Shown piece after piece: positions 9,909 to 19,050 of a DNA stretch of 64,000 bases. The stretch spans positions 118,956 to 182,955 of the forward strand of contig CAVZVJ010000002.1 of assembly GCA_963778755.1 (NCBI GenBank), read 5' to 3'. A program made the position numbers and the translations under genes. Numbering within the stretch: position 1 is the first letter of the stretch; each line of letters starts with the position of its first letter. This stretch comes from an uncultured Acidobacteriota bacterium (lineage in GTDB: Bacteria; Actinomycetota; Acidimicrobiia; Spongiisociales; ZC4RG35). The notes under the pieces are model-generated. The model saw only the letters and a list, made by a program, of their open reading frames with translations, searched no databases and was not told where the DNA came from.

Positions 9909-10865
9909 ATGACCAACGCCATCCTCGCCGAGGGACTTCGCAAGGAATACGGAGAGGTCGTCGCACTCGACGGCCTCGATCTGGCGGTGCCGGAGGGATC
10001 GGTCATGTGCCTGCTCGGCCCCAACGGCGCCGGCAAGACGACGACGGTTCGGATCCTGACCACCCTGCTCGAAGCCACCAGTGGCAAAGCCACCGTGGCA
10101 GGGCTCGATGTCAAAGCCGACGCCGCCAAGCTCCGCGAGCGGATCGGACTGTCCGGCCAATACGCCGCGGTCGACGAGAATCTGACCGGTTTCGAAAACC
10201 TGGAAATGGTGGGAAGGCTCTATCACTTGGGCCGGGGGACCAGTCGGGAACGCGCCCTCGACCTGCTTGACCGTTTCGACCTCGACGAAGCGGCCGATCG
10301 TCAGGCCAAGACCTACTCGGGCGGTATGCGACGACGTCTCGACCTCGCGGCCGCTCTGGTGGCTCGTCCCGAAGTGATCTTCCTCGATGAGCCGACCACC
10401 GGTCTCGACCCCCGCAGCAGACTCAGCCTCTGGGAGGTCATCGAGGAGTTGGTCAAGGAAGGGGCGACCTTGCTCCTGACCACCCACTTCCTGGACGAGG
10501 CCGATCGCCTGGCCGACTCGATCGCGGTCATCGATCACGGGAGGGTGATCGCATTGGGCACGGCCGAGGAGTTGAAGCAGCAGGTGGGTGGGGAGCGAAT
10601 CGAGCTCACTGTGAAGAGCGTCACCGACGTGGCACCAGCTCGAGAGGTGTTGTCGTCGGTTGGGGTCGGCCAGGTCACGGTCGATGAGGATGCGCGGGAT
10701 CTGGCGGTGGCTGTGGGTGCTGGGGGAGACGCCTTGATCGAGACAGTTCGCGGCCTCGACGCCCGCGGGATCAGCCCCCTCGACCTCGCGCTGCGCCGTC
10801 CCACGCTGGATGACGTCTTCCTGACACTGACGGGCCACGTGGCTGAGGAGGTGGTGGACGCATGA
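9909..10865 (+). CDS. ABC transporter ATP-binding protein (DrrA-like, ABC-2 exporter family)
   Basis: Walker A GPNGAGKTT, signature LSGGMRRRL and Walker B IFLDEPTTGLD are present. It overlaps the downstream ABC-2 permease by 4 nt. Confidence 0.9.
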   Translation: MTNAILAEGLRKEYGEVVALDGLDLAVPEGSVMCLLGPNGAGKTTTVRILTTLLEATSGKATVAGLDVKADAAKLRERIGLSGQYAAVDENLTGFENLEMVGRLYHLGRGTSRERALDLLDRFDLDEAADRQAKTYSGGMRRRLDLAAALVARPEVIFLDEPTTGLDPRSRLSLWEVIEELVKEGATLLLTTHFLDEADRLADSIAVIDHGRVIALGTAEELKQQVGGERIELTVKSVTDVAPAREVLSSVGVGQVTVDEDARDLAVAVGAGGDALIETVRGLDARGISPLDLALRRPTLDDVFLTLTGHVAEEVVDA

Positions 10866-11662
10866 CCGTCATGACTGCTCTCTCGGATGGAGCGGTGGTT
10901 GCCAAGCGCAACCTGCTCAAAATCACCCGGCTCCCCGACCTCTTGGTCTTCTCAACCATCCAGCCGATCATGTTCGTGCTGCTGTTCGCGTATGTGTTTG
11001 GCAGTGCGATCGTGGTGCCAGGCGTCGACTACACCGATTACCTGATGGCTGGGATCTTCGTCCAGACCGTGGTATTCGGCGCCACGATCACCGGCGCCGG
11101 GCTCGCCGACGACATGAAGAAGGGGATCATTGATCGTTTTCGCTCCCTGCCCATGGCCCAATCTGCGGTCTTGATCGGCCGGACCACCAGTGACCTGCTC
11201 AACAATCTCCTGGTGGTCACCATCATGGCCTTGACCGGCTTGCTGGTTGGTTGGAGGATCCACAGCTCGTTCCCGGAGGCGGTAGGCGGCTTCGCCCTAC
11301 TGCTCATGTTTGCCTACGCCATCTCGTGGATGATGGCCAGCGTCGGATTGTCGGTGAGCAGTGTCGAGGTGGTCCAGAACGCCTCGTTCATCGTCATCTT
11401 CCCACTGACCTTCATCTCCAATGCCTTCGTTCCTATCACCAACTTCCCTCCGGTGCTGAAGACGTTCGCCGAGTGGAACCCGGTTTCGGCGGTGACTCAG
11501 GCGGTCCGCGAGTTGTTCGGCAACACCAATCCACTCGCACCGCCACCTGACGCCTGGCCGTTACAGAACGCGGTCTTGGCTTCGACGATCTGGATCGTCA
11601 TTTTCCTGTTGGTGTTCGTCCCGCTTGCGGTCTCGCGCTACAAGAAGGCCGCCGCTCGCTGA
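10862..11662 (+). CDS. ABC-2 type transporter permease (DrrB-like)
   Basis: 266 aa with six TM segments, translationally coupled to the ATPase (ATGA overlap). Confidence 0.85.
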   Translation: MTVMTALSDGAVVAKRNLLKITRLPDLLVFSTIQPIMFVLLFAYVFGSAIVVPGVDYTDYLMAGIFVQTVVFGATITGAGLADDMKKGIIDRFRSLPMAQSAVLIGRTTSDLLNNLLVVTIMALTGLLVGWRIHSSFPEAVGGFALLLMFAYAISWMMASVGLSVSSVEVVQNASFIVIFPLTFISNAFVPITNFPPVLKTFAEWNPVSAVTQAVRELFGNTNPLAPPPDAWPLQNAVLASTIWIVIFLLVFVPLAVSRYKKAAAR

Positions 11663-11765
11663 CCAAACCTGGGTGTAATGAATTAAATAGGTTTGACTAG
11701 TTACAACCTCTCCGGTAATGTAATGCCCGTAAAGAGAGATGCTCATTACGGAACAGGAGATGGTG

Positions 11766-11936
11766 ATGACTCCCTACGCTGCATATCTGATCTCCCAGGA
11801 CATCCTGGATCAGCGTCGGCGCGAAGGCGATAGGGCTCGTCTGGTCAGACAGGGCGCCCCAAAGCGAAACAAGAAGAGTGGTCGAAACCGCTCGTCCGCT
11901 CCAGTGGAGGTGACTGATGTTTCTCGCTCACTGTGA
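11766..11936 (+). CDS. Hypothetical small basic protein (56 aa)
   Basis: ATG at 11766 lies 6 nt after AGGAG (11755-11759), in a locally low-GC segment. The protein is MTPYAAYLISQDILDQRRREGDRARLVRQGAPKRNKKSGRNRSSAPVEVTDVSRSL. The ORF overlaps the next micro-ORF by 20 nt. Confidence 0.25.
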   Translation: MTPYAAYLISQDILDQRRREGDRARLVRQGAPKRNKKSGRNRSSAPVEVTDVSRSL

Positions 11937-12105
11937 CCATCTCAACCGCGAGGTCATCATCTGGACCTCGAGTCTTGACAGCATCGAGAACACCGAAAAC
12001 GGGATCGTGGTCCGCTACCAATGTGCGTGTGGCCGTCCTGCAGAAATGCTGACCGGCGCCGGCTCGCCCGTTCGGGTCAACGTCCATGTCGGTGCAGACA
12101 TCTGA
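11917..12105 (+). CDS. Hypothetical small Cys/His-containing protein (62 aa, possible zinc-ribbon-like)
   Basis: The protein is MFLAHCDHLNREVIIWTSSLDSIENTENGIVVRYQCACGRPAEMLTG..., with a CxH ... CxC spacing. Its GC content is below the window average. Confidence 0.3.
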   Translation: MFLAHCDHLNREVIIWTSSLDSIENTENGIVVRYQCACGRPAEMLTGAGSPVRVNVHVGADI

Positions 12106-12156
12106 GCTGCCTCGCATCGGGGGAATAGCGACGGTCGGCAAACCTTTATAACTGTC

Positions 12157-12675
12157 ATGCCTATCAATCGTCTCAACCACGCCGTGCTCTATGTGCGCGA
12201 CGCCGACAGATCGGCGTCCTTCTACACGGAGGCGCTCGGTTTCCGCCGTCTTCCGCTGGAATTCCCGGGCGCTGTGTTCCTGCAGGCTGAAGGGTCGACC
12301 AACGACCATGACCTGGGTCTGTTCTCGATCGGGACAGCCGCTGCGGACTCCCCGGCGGGCCGTGGTGCGGTTGGGCTCTATCACCTCGCATGGGAGGTCG
12401 ACACGCTCGGCGACCTGGCGCGTTTGGCACGGGTGCTCTCGGATGCGGGCGCCCTGGTTGGTGCGACGGACCATGGGAGCACGAAGGCCCTGTACGGGCG
12501 CGACCCAGATGGAATCGAATTCGAGATCAGCTGGCTGGTCCCGGCGGATCTTCTCGACGAGGACACCGCCCCAACCGCGAGACGTCTCGACATCCAGGCC
12601 GAGATCGATCACTACGGGGCGGACACCCTCGGGGGAGTCGGCGTCAGTCGTCCCCGTGTGGCTGTCGAGTCCTGA
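12157..12675 (+). CDS. VOC-family (glyoxalase/bleomycin-resistance/dioxygenase fold) protein
   Basis: NHAVLYVRDADRSASFYTEALGF is a typical glyoxalase-fold N-terminus. The protein is 172 aa. Confidence 0.8.
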   Translation: MPINRLNHAVLYVRDADRSASFYTEALGFRRLPLEFPGAVFLQAEGSTNDHDLGLFSIGTAAADSPAGRGAVGLYHLAWEVDTLGDLARLARVLSDAGALVGATDHGSTKALYGRDPDGIEFEISWLVPADLLDEDTAPTARRLDIQAEIDHYGADTLGGVGVSRPRVAVES

Positions 12676-12686
12676 AGAACGCCTCT

Positions 12687-13313
12687 TTAGGACGAAGTCC
12701 GGTGGTCGTTGGTGCGGCCTACGACAAACCAGATCGCATGAACCGGCTGATCGCCGATGTTGAACAAGCGATGAGGCTGGGTCGAGTCGAAACCGATTGA
12801 ATCACCCGGCTCCAACTCGTAGGTATCGAAGCCGAGTTGGATTCCGAGACGACCTGAGATGATGTACCCGTACTCCTTGCCGTTGTGGCGCATCAACGAC
12901 TCGTCCGGGGTCGAGGCGCCCCCCACCTCGTAGACCGCATGGAGAAAGTCGATTCCCTGGTCGGTATCACGGCTCAGCTGCTCCCAACGAACACCGGAAG
13001 CGAGATCGATGGCCTCACGTTCATCAGGATGGACCAGCGGACTAGGCCCTCCATTGGCAACGACAGCCTGCCTGCCGGGTGTCCCGGATGATGGAGAGTG
13101 GTCTGCGCCGCGCAAGAGCTTGTCCAACGACAGGTCGAGCTCGGTGACGATTGCGTACAGGGTGCCCACCGAAGGCTTGGAAAGACCGCTTTCGAGTTGC
13201 GAGATCAGACTGGGGGATAGGCCGAGGCGACGGGCCAGCTCGCGTTGGCTGATTCCGGCCTTGGTCCTCTCATCACGGAGCCGATCACCGATTCCCTCCA
13301 GCTCCTCAGTCAA
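12687..13313 (-). CDS. XRE-family transcriptional regulator with C-terminal cupin domain
   Basis: N-terminal HTH_3 (ISQRELARRLGLSPSLISQLESG) and C-terminal cupin_2 (GDSIGFDSTQPHRLFNIGDQPVHAIW). Confidence 0.85.
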   Translation of the reverse strand: MTEELEGIGDRLRDERTKAGISQRELARRLGLSPSLISQLESGLSKPSVGTLYAIVTELDLSLDKLLRGADHSPSSGTPGRQAVVANGGPSPLVHPDEREAIDLASGVRWEQLSRDTDQGIDFLHAVYEVGGASTPDESLMRHNGKEYGYIISGRLGIQLGFDTYELEPGDSIGFDSTQPHRLFNIGDQPVHAIWFVVGRTNDHRTSS

Positions 13314-13356
13314 TCGGGGACCTTTCCATTGCGGGCGAGAATAGGCGCCGGTCTCC

Positions 13357-14049
13357 CTAGGTCAGGAGCCAGCCACCATCCACGTAGAGGTTGATGCCGT
13401 TCACGGACCGATTCTCCAGAAGGAAGACGGTGGCATCGACCACATCCTCCATGGTGACCAGACGCTGAGTTGGGGTCCTTGCCAACACCGCGTCGAGTGG
13501 CTTGTCCTTCCAATACGGACTGTCACCGACGATTCCCGGGTGGAGCGCATTGAATCTGATCGGTGAAAGCTCGATCGCCAGAGCTCTGATCATCGAGCTC
13601 ACCCCGCCATTCACGGTGGTGACGGTTATCGAGCCGGGATAGGGCCGGTCCTTGGCCCTCCCTCCAAAGAGAACAACCGAGCTGGTGTCGCTGAATTGGG
13701 GGACGAGGGCGTGAATCACCTCGACATAGCTGACCAGTTTCATGGTTGTCAGCTCGGTGCCGGCATCGAGGTCATACTCTTTGGCCAGGTTGTTGTCCCG
13801 AGCGATCGCGGCGAGGATCAGTCGAGACACAGGCCCAATTCCATGCAGAGCCGGGGCGATAAGGGACGGGTCGGTCATGTCGAATCCGAGACCGGTGACG
13901 CTCCCGCCGATTCCAGAGGCGATCTCGGCGGTGCGGTCGGGATCACGGCCAGTGATCACCACTTCACTCCCGCCCTTGGCGTAGTGGCGAGCCACTTCGA
14001 GCCCGAGGCCGCTGGTCCCACCCACCACGATGACCTTGCCGTTTTCCAT
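13357..14049 (-). CDS. SDR-family short-chain dehydrogenase/reductase
   Basis: VIVVGGTSGLGLEVA is the Rossmann TGxxxGxG motif. 230 aa. Confidence 0.9.
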   Translation of the reverse strand: MENGKVIVVGGTSGLGLEVARHYAKGGSEVVITGRDPDRTAEIASGIGGSVTGLGFDMTDPSLIAPALHGIGPVSRLILAAIARDNNLAKEYDLDAGTELTTMKLVSYVEVIHALVPQFSDTSSVVLFGGRAKDRPYPGSITVTTVNGGVSSMIRALAIELSPIRFNALHPGIVGDSPYWKDKPLDAVLARTPTQRLVTMEDVVDATVFLLENRSVNGINLYVDGGWLLT

Positions 14050-14124
14050 CTTTTGAGTCCTATTTCTCCGGATCTCCGACCCTGACCGGCCGGGAAGGCA
14101 AGCCTACATCCCTTTGCGTGGGCG

Positions 14125-14138
14125 TGTGTAGTGTCACT
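14125..14138. promoter_or_regulatory. Recurring 14-nt motif TGTGTAGTGTCACT (instance 1), 25 nt upstream of the bicupin gene start
   Basis: Same motif as at 15130 and 24325. It contains the quasi-palindrome AGTG-T-CACT and a TAGTGT (TANNNT) -10-like hexamer. Confidence 0.4.
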
Positions 14139-14162
14139 GATCGGTCAGCTGATTGGAGCCAA

Positions 14163-15059
14163 ATGTCGACGCATATCGTCAAGAAAGCCGGAGATCACGA
14201 CTATCAGGTTCCGGGTGGGTTTCAGGGGCGGAGCCAGGGCTACTTCGGGGATGGAATCGTGAATGAGGCAGCCGGTGGCGTCCAGATGGGTTTCCAGGTA
14301 TCACGGCTCGACATAGGAGGGGTGGTGGGGGGCCATCTCCATTCGTTCGAGGAGACCCTTTATGTGATCGAGGGGGGTCTCGTTGTCGACCTCCCCGAGG
14401 GGAGTTTCGAGCTCGCGCCCGGCGACTACGGCCTGATTCCGGTCGGCGTGGCCCATTCTCTGCGCAATCCGAGTGAGACGGTTGCGAGCTTTGCCGAGAT
14501 GAGGGCCCCACTCCCTCGCGAGCGCCACGAGTTCGACACCTATTTCGTTGAGGCGCCCTCCCCAGGAACTGAGCGGCGCATCGATGTGCGTGACCCAAGG
14601 ACCCGCAGCTTCGGCCACATAGACCCCGAGAACATGGATCCGGCCATGCAGACCCAGGACCGTCTGTCGCTCAGCGCAAGCATGCGCACCGCCCTGCTCG
14701 TGTACAGCGGGATCTCGGTGAAGATGATGATCGACTCCGACCTGGGAGCGGACCTGTCAACGATGTTCATGGTGCAATACGTGCCGGGAGGCTTCGCCGG
14801 AGCCCATGACCATCCACTCGAGGAGGCGTATCTCATCCTCGAAGGGGAGGTCGAGGCTGGATTCGATGGAGCCAAGTACCACATGGTGCCGGGTGACGTC
14901 GCCTGGGCAGGTGTCGGTTGTGTTCACGAGTTCCGAAACGTCGGTCAGGGCCCGGTCCGATGGTTGGAGACCCAGGCGCCTCAGCCGCCGGCCCGCCATA
15001 GCTACCGGTTCCGAAGGGACTGGGCCTACCTGACCGAGGCCCTGGCCGCCACCGATTGA
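14163..15059 (+). CDS. Bicupin-domain protein (two cupin barrels; dioxygenase/hydrolase-like)
   Basis: Two cupin cores are present: HLHSFEETLYVIEGG ... LIPVGVAHSLRN, and AHDHPLEEAYLILEGE ... VHEFRNVG. The start is taken at ATG 14163 (MSTHIVKK), 6 nt after GGAGCC. Confidence 0.75.
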   Translation: MSTHIVKKAGDHDYQVPGGFQGRSQGYFGDGIVNEAAGGVQMGFQVSRLDIGGVVGGHLHSFEETLYVIEGGLVVDLPEGSFELAPGDYGLIPVGVAHSLRNPSETVASFAEMRAPLPRERHEFDTYFVEAPSPGTERRIDVRDPRTRSFGHIDPENMDPAMQTQDRLSLSASMRTALLVYSGISVKMMIDSDLGADLSTMFMVQYVPGGFAGAHDHPLEEAYLILEGEVEAGFDGAKYHMVPGDVAWAGVGCVHEFRNVGQGPVRWLETQAPQPPARHSYRFRRDWAYLTEALAATD

Positions 15060-15129
15060 TGTGCGTCCCAGAATCGGCCGGATCGGTGGCTTCGACGACG
15101 TGTTTTGTGGGGCTGAACCGGGTGTGATT

Positions 15130-15143
15130 TGTGTAGTGTGACT
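15130..15143. promoter_or_regulatory. Recurring 14-nt motif TGTGTAGTGTGACT (instance 2), about 120 nt upstream of amidohydrolase gene 15265
   Basis: Identical to instance 1 except for one base (C/G). Confidence 0.4.
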
Positions 15144-15264
15144 TATCAGTGAGTGGCCTTAACACCCCACTATCGGCCGCTGCCTTCACCGGAGTTTTCG
15201 CTTCGCCTCTCATCGGTCACTCCATTGAGTCGGACATAGGAAGCGCAGGGATCGGGAGCGCCGG

Positions 15265-16557
15265 ATGAAGTCTCGAACGCTTCTCCGTGGCGGGTGTGTG
15301 CTCACCCTCGGCAGAACCAACTTCTTGGAGGCCGACGTCTTGATCGACGGCGACATCGTGGCCGAAATCGGTCCCGGGCTCCGGGCTCGCGATGCCGAGG
15401 TGATCGACGCCAGCAACACCATCATCATGCCGGGATTCGTCGACACCCACCGCCATGTGTGGCAGTCGTTGTTCCGAAATCTCGGCGACGCCATATCGCC
15501 CGACGTGTACGGGCCCTACTACCAGCCCGATGATGTCTACGCCGCCACCCTGATTGGCCTCCTGGGGGCGATCGAGGCGGGCATCAGCACGGTGGTCGAC
15601 TGGTCCGACATAAGCCCGGGCCCGGAGTATCTCGAGGCGGCAACCCAGGCGCATACCGACGCGGGCATTCGATCTGTGCTTGTCCCGGCGGCCCCGGAAT
15701 GGACCGACGGCCGAGATGCCCTTTCGTTGGCCTCGCCCCAATCCAATATGGCCAACCCGCTCATGACCATGGGCGCGGGCATGCCGAGCCCCATGGCAGA
15801 AACCCTTGGTCAGATTGCCGAAGATTGGGCCAAGGCTCGAGAACATGGGCTCCGGATCCACACCCACATCGGGCATGACACCAGCACGCAGGGAGTCGTC
15901 GGCGATCTCTCCAGAAACGGAATGCTGGGAAAGGACGTCACCTTTATCCAGTGCACCCACCTCAGCGACTCCGACTTCGACGCCGTCTCCTCCTCCGGGG
16001 CTCGGGTCTCGTTGACGCCCACCAGCGGGATGTCGGGTAGTGCGGGGAGCCCTCCTATCCAGAGGCTCATCGACCGCGGCATCCGACCCGGCCTTGGGGT
16101 CGGATCCGACCAGATGGCACCGGGAGACATGTTTGCCCAGATGCGGGCAGTGATCTCGATCCAACACGCGACTTTGTTCGAACTGAAACTTGCCGGCAAG
16201 GCAGGAGTACCTAACCTCCTCAACACCCGAGAAGTGCTTCGCTACGCCACCGTCGATGGGGCTCGGGTCGCCGGCCTGGGTGAAACCGTGGGGGCACTCG
16301 CACCAGGGGCTCAGGCCGATCTCATCGTGCTCCGGGCCGATCGTCCCAATATCTTCCCGATCAACGACCCGATCGGCGCAGTCGTCTGGGGGATGGACAC
16401 ATCGAACGTCGACTGGGTTTTCGTCGCCGGAAACGCAGTCAAACGTGCGGGCGTCCTTCAGGGCGACATCGGAAGGGCCACTGAACTTGCAACGGCGGCG
16501 CAGCAGCGGGTGGGCGCAGCCGCCGGGCTACTCGCAACCGTTGGGCATTCACAATGA
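15265..16557 (+). CDS. Amidohydrolase-superfamily metal-dependent hydrolase (cytosine/guanine-deaminase / chlorohydrolase-like, TRZ/ATZ type)
   Basis: The protein has IIMPGFVDTHRHVWQS (metal-binding HxH), a (beta/alpha)8 fold and a C-terminal ...VFVAGN..KR motif. It is 430 aa and overlaps the downstream permease by 4 nt. Confidence 0.85.
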   Translation: MKSRTLLRGGCVLTLGRTNFLEADVLIDGDIVAEIGPGLRARDAEVIDASNTIIMPGFVDTHRHVWQSLFRNLGDAISPDVYGPYYQPDDVYAATLIGLLGAIEAGISTVVDWSDISPGPEYLEAATQAHTDAGIRSVLVPAAPEWTDGRDALSLASPQSNMANPLMTMGAGMPSPMAETLGQIAEDWAKAREHGLRIHTHIGHDTSTQGVVGDLSRNGMLGKDVTFIQCTHLSDSDFDAVSSSGARVSLTPTSGMSGSAGSPPIQRLIDRGIRPGLGVGSDQMAPGDMFAQMRAVISIQHATLFELKLAGKAGVPNLLNTREVLRYATVDGARVAGLGETVGALAPGAQADLIVLRADRPNIFPINDPIGAVVWGMDTSNVDWVFVAGNAVKRAGVLQGDIGRATELATAAQQRVGAAAGLLATVGHSQ

Positions 16558-17603
16558 CCACCACACGAGCACCTTCGTCGGCGCTGACTTCGTTTGTCGT
16601 CGCCTCCCGCTACTTGCCGGTCTATCTCGCTCTTCTCCTATTGGTGATCGTGGCCGCGATCTGGGCGCCCGCCACTCTGAGTGGGGTCGCGCTGGCGGCG
16701 ATCGCTCCCTTTGGAGCACTGCTCGGGATAACTGCCCTGGGCCAGATGCTGGTAATCATGACGGGAGGGATCGACCTCAGTGTCCCGGGGACGCTGACCC
16801 TGGCCGCCGTGATCATGGTTGGAGTCAGCGATCAGTCTGATGAGAGAATCGGGGTGGCAATCGCCACTGCGATCGGGGTCGCCGCTCTGATCGGTCTTGT
16901 CAACGGAATTCTGATCGGCGGACTGAAGCTCAACGCTCTGATCGTGACGCTCGCAGTGGGACAGGTCGTGCTCGGGGTAGTCAATCGCTACAGCACGACA
17001 TTTCCTGTGCAGAGCGCGGTGCCAACCAGCCTCTCCGATTGGACCTCGACCCGCATCCTTGGTGTCAGCCCCATCTTCTGGATGGGTGTCGTGCTGACGA
17101 TCATCGTCATCGTCGGCCTCAGGTACACAACGGGTGGGCGCCGGTTCCAGGTCGTAGGAGCGAACCCGATCGCCTCCAGAGTTGTAGGGGTCAGGGTGAA
17201 CCTGTACCAGATCTCGGCTTATGTGATGGCCGCCGTCCTCTATGCCATTGCCGGGGTGGCCTTGGCGGGACTGCTCCGGAATCCGGGGGTAAACATCGGG
17301 ACCCCGTATCTCCTGGGCCCGATCGCCGCAGTCGTGATCGGCGGAGCCTCCTTGACCGGCGGCCTCGCGAGCCCGCTTTCCACCTTTGCTGCCGCCATCT
17401 TCCTCACCGGTCTCACCCAGATGATGCGAACGCTGGGACTGCCCACGTCCCTGCAGTTCGTCGTCTTCGGTCTGGTCATCATCGGGGGGATGTTGATTTC
17501 GGGCGATCGGATCATCAAAGGCGTGGAGCAATTGCTCCGCGAGCGACGAAAACCGACACGCATCGAAAACGAAACGACCAACAGCTCACTCGGGATCAGT
17601 TGA
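16554..17603 (+). CDS. ABC transporter permease (BPD_transp_2, ribose/branched-chain type)
   Basis: 349 aa with 8-10 TM segments and typical RbsC-like topology. Confidence 0.85.
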   Translation: MTTTRAPSSALTSFVVASRYLPVYLALLLLVIVAAIWAPATLSGVALAAIAPFGALLGITALGQMLVIMTGGIDLSVPGTLTLAAVIMVGVSDQSDERIGVAIATAIGVAALIGLVNGILIGGLKLNALIVTLAVGQVVLGVVNRYSTTFPVQSAVPTSLSDWTSTRILGVSPIFWMGVVLTIIVIVGLRYTTGGRRFQVVGANPIASRVVGVRVNLYQISAYVMAAVLYAIAGVALAGLLRNPGVNIGTPYLLGPIAAVVIGGASLTGGLASPLSTFAAAIFLTGLTQMMRTLGLPTSLQFVVFGLVIIGGMLISGDRIIKGVEQLLRERRKPTRIENETTNSSLGIS

Positions 17604-17679
17604 GAAAGGAGATTCGCGACCCGACGAGTCGACATCAATCAAAGAACCTAAAGGGCAGTCCGCCCAATAGAGGAGGAAC

Positions 17680-19050
17680 ATGAAACGATCGAAGATCATC
17701 GGCCTGCTGGCCGTCCTGGTCTTGGTCGTGTCCGCCTGTGGCAGCAGCACCGAGGACACGACAACCACCGGGGCAGGGGCCACGTCGACCTCGGCGGCGG
17801 CCGGGACAACGACCACCGCCTCAGCGGGCCCGACCACGACGGCCGGCGGCGAAAACCCGCTGGCGGCGTACAACGAGGACCCAACCGCTGCCGACCCGGC
17901 ACTGGTGACCAAGGCCCTCGGTGATGTCGAGCCTTCGGACGCGGATAGCTGGAACATCATTCTGGCTTCAATCGCCCGTGCCAATCAGGACCTGGATCAG
18001 GCCACGATCGACAAGGCGATGGAGTGCTGGAGCAACCAGCAATGCGACACCGGCTCCGGTGGTGACGTGGTGATGGGCTATGCCGACGGCGGTGGCGACA
18101 CCGTGAACGTCTGGCGGGCGGTGAGCCACATGGAGGCCATCCTCCAGGCGCTGAGCTATCCCGAGATCGGGAGCATCATCTCGACCGCGGCGAACTTCGA
18201 GGGTGACCCAGCGGTCAACGACATCCGCTTCCTGATCACCAGTGGCGTGGACTTCATCGTCGGCTACCCGGACTGGGGCACCTACTTGAGCCCTGTGCTC
18301 TTGGAAGCCCACGACGCGGGGATTCCCTACGTGTCGTTCTCAGCCGGTTGGGTCGGTCTTCCCGACCAGGAAGGCGCGCTCGTTCCCGGTCAGGACTACT
18401 TGTCCGTGGTTGGGGAGGACCTGTGTGCACTCGGCACCAGCTTTGCCACCGTGCTCAACGACAACGTGGGCGGCGGCGAGGTCGGGATGCTCGGTGGAAC
18501 ACCGGGCAACGCCCTTTCCCTCGGCTGGCAGCGCTGTGCGGTGACGACACTCGCCGACGGCGGGTCCCAATTGGTGAACCCACCGCCGGATGAGAACACC
18601 ACCACTGGCGACACCTACTGGGTGAACGCCAACGCTCTCGAGGCGGTCCGCGGCTTGCTGACCACCAATCCCGAGATCAAGGGGTGGACGTACGAGTACT
18701 CGGACGGTCTCTACACCGCCCTCCAGGCTTACGACGAGCTTGGGATCCCGGTGAAGAACCTCAGCGTGGCGTTGCGCACCGACGAGCAGACCCTGTTCTG
18801 CGACTGGGCGGAGCGTGCTGAGCCGACCTACAACATCTGGTACTCGGCTGGTGGCAACTTCCAATCACGGACCGGCGTCACCGCGGCGATGATGTCCCTC
18901 GCTGGGGCAACCATCCCTGCTGAGGTCGTCGTCCCGCATGTGATGCGGCAGGTCACCACGGGCGACTGCAACCCGGACCGGGTCAACCCGGTTGTGTCGG
19001 GAACCTCATTGGTTCCGGACTCGGTTCTGCAGTTGATGTTTGCCGGTTAA
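17680..19050 (+). CDS. ABC transporter substrate-binding lipoprotein (periplasmic-binding-protein type I fold)
   Basis: Signal peptide with lipobox LVVSAC, followed by a Thr/Ala-rich linker. Preceded by the RBS AGGAGG. Its stop overlaps the ATPase start. Confidence 0.75.
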   Translation: MKRSKIIGLLAVLVLVVSACGSSTEDTTTTGAGATSTSAAAGTTTTASAGPTTTAGGENPLAAYNEDPTAADPALVTKALGDVEPSDADSWNIILASIARANQDLDQATIDKAMECWSNQQCDTGSGGDVVMGYADGGGDTVNVWRAVSHMEAILQALSYPEIGSIISTAANFEGDPAVNDIRFLITSGVDFIVGYPDWGTYLSPVLLEAHDAGIPYVSFSAGWVGLPDQEGALVPGQDYLSVVGEDLCALGTSFATVLNDNVGGGEVGMLGGTPGNALSLGWQRCAVTTLADGGSQLVNPPPDENTTTGDTYWVNANALEAVRGLLTTNPEIKGWTYEYSDGLYTALQAYDELGIPVKNLSVALRTDEQTLFCDWAERAEPTYNIWYSAGGNFQSRTGVTAAMMSLAGATIPAEVVVPHVMRQVTTGDCNPDRVNPVVSGTSLVPDSVLQLMFAG

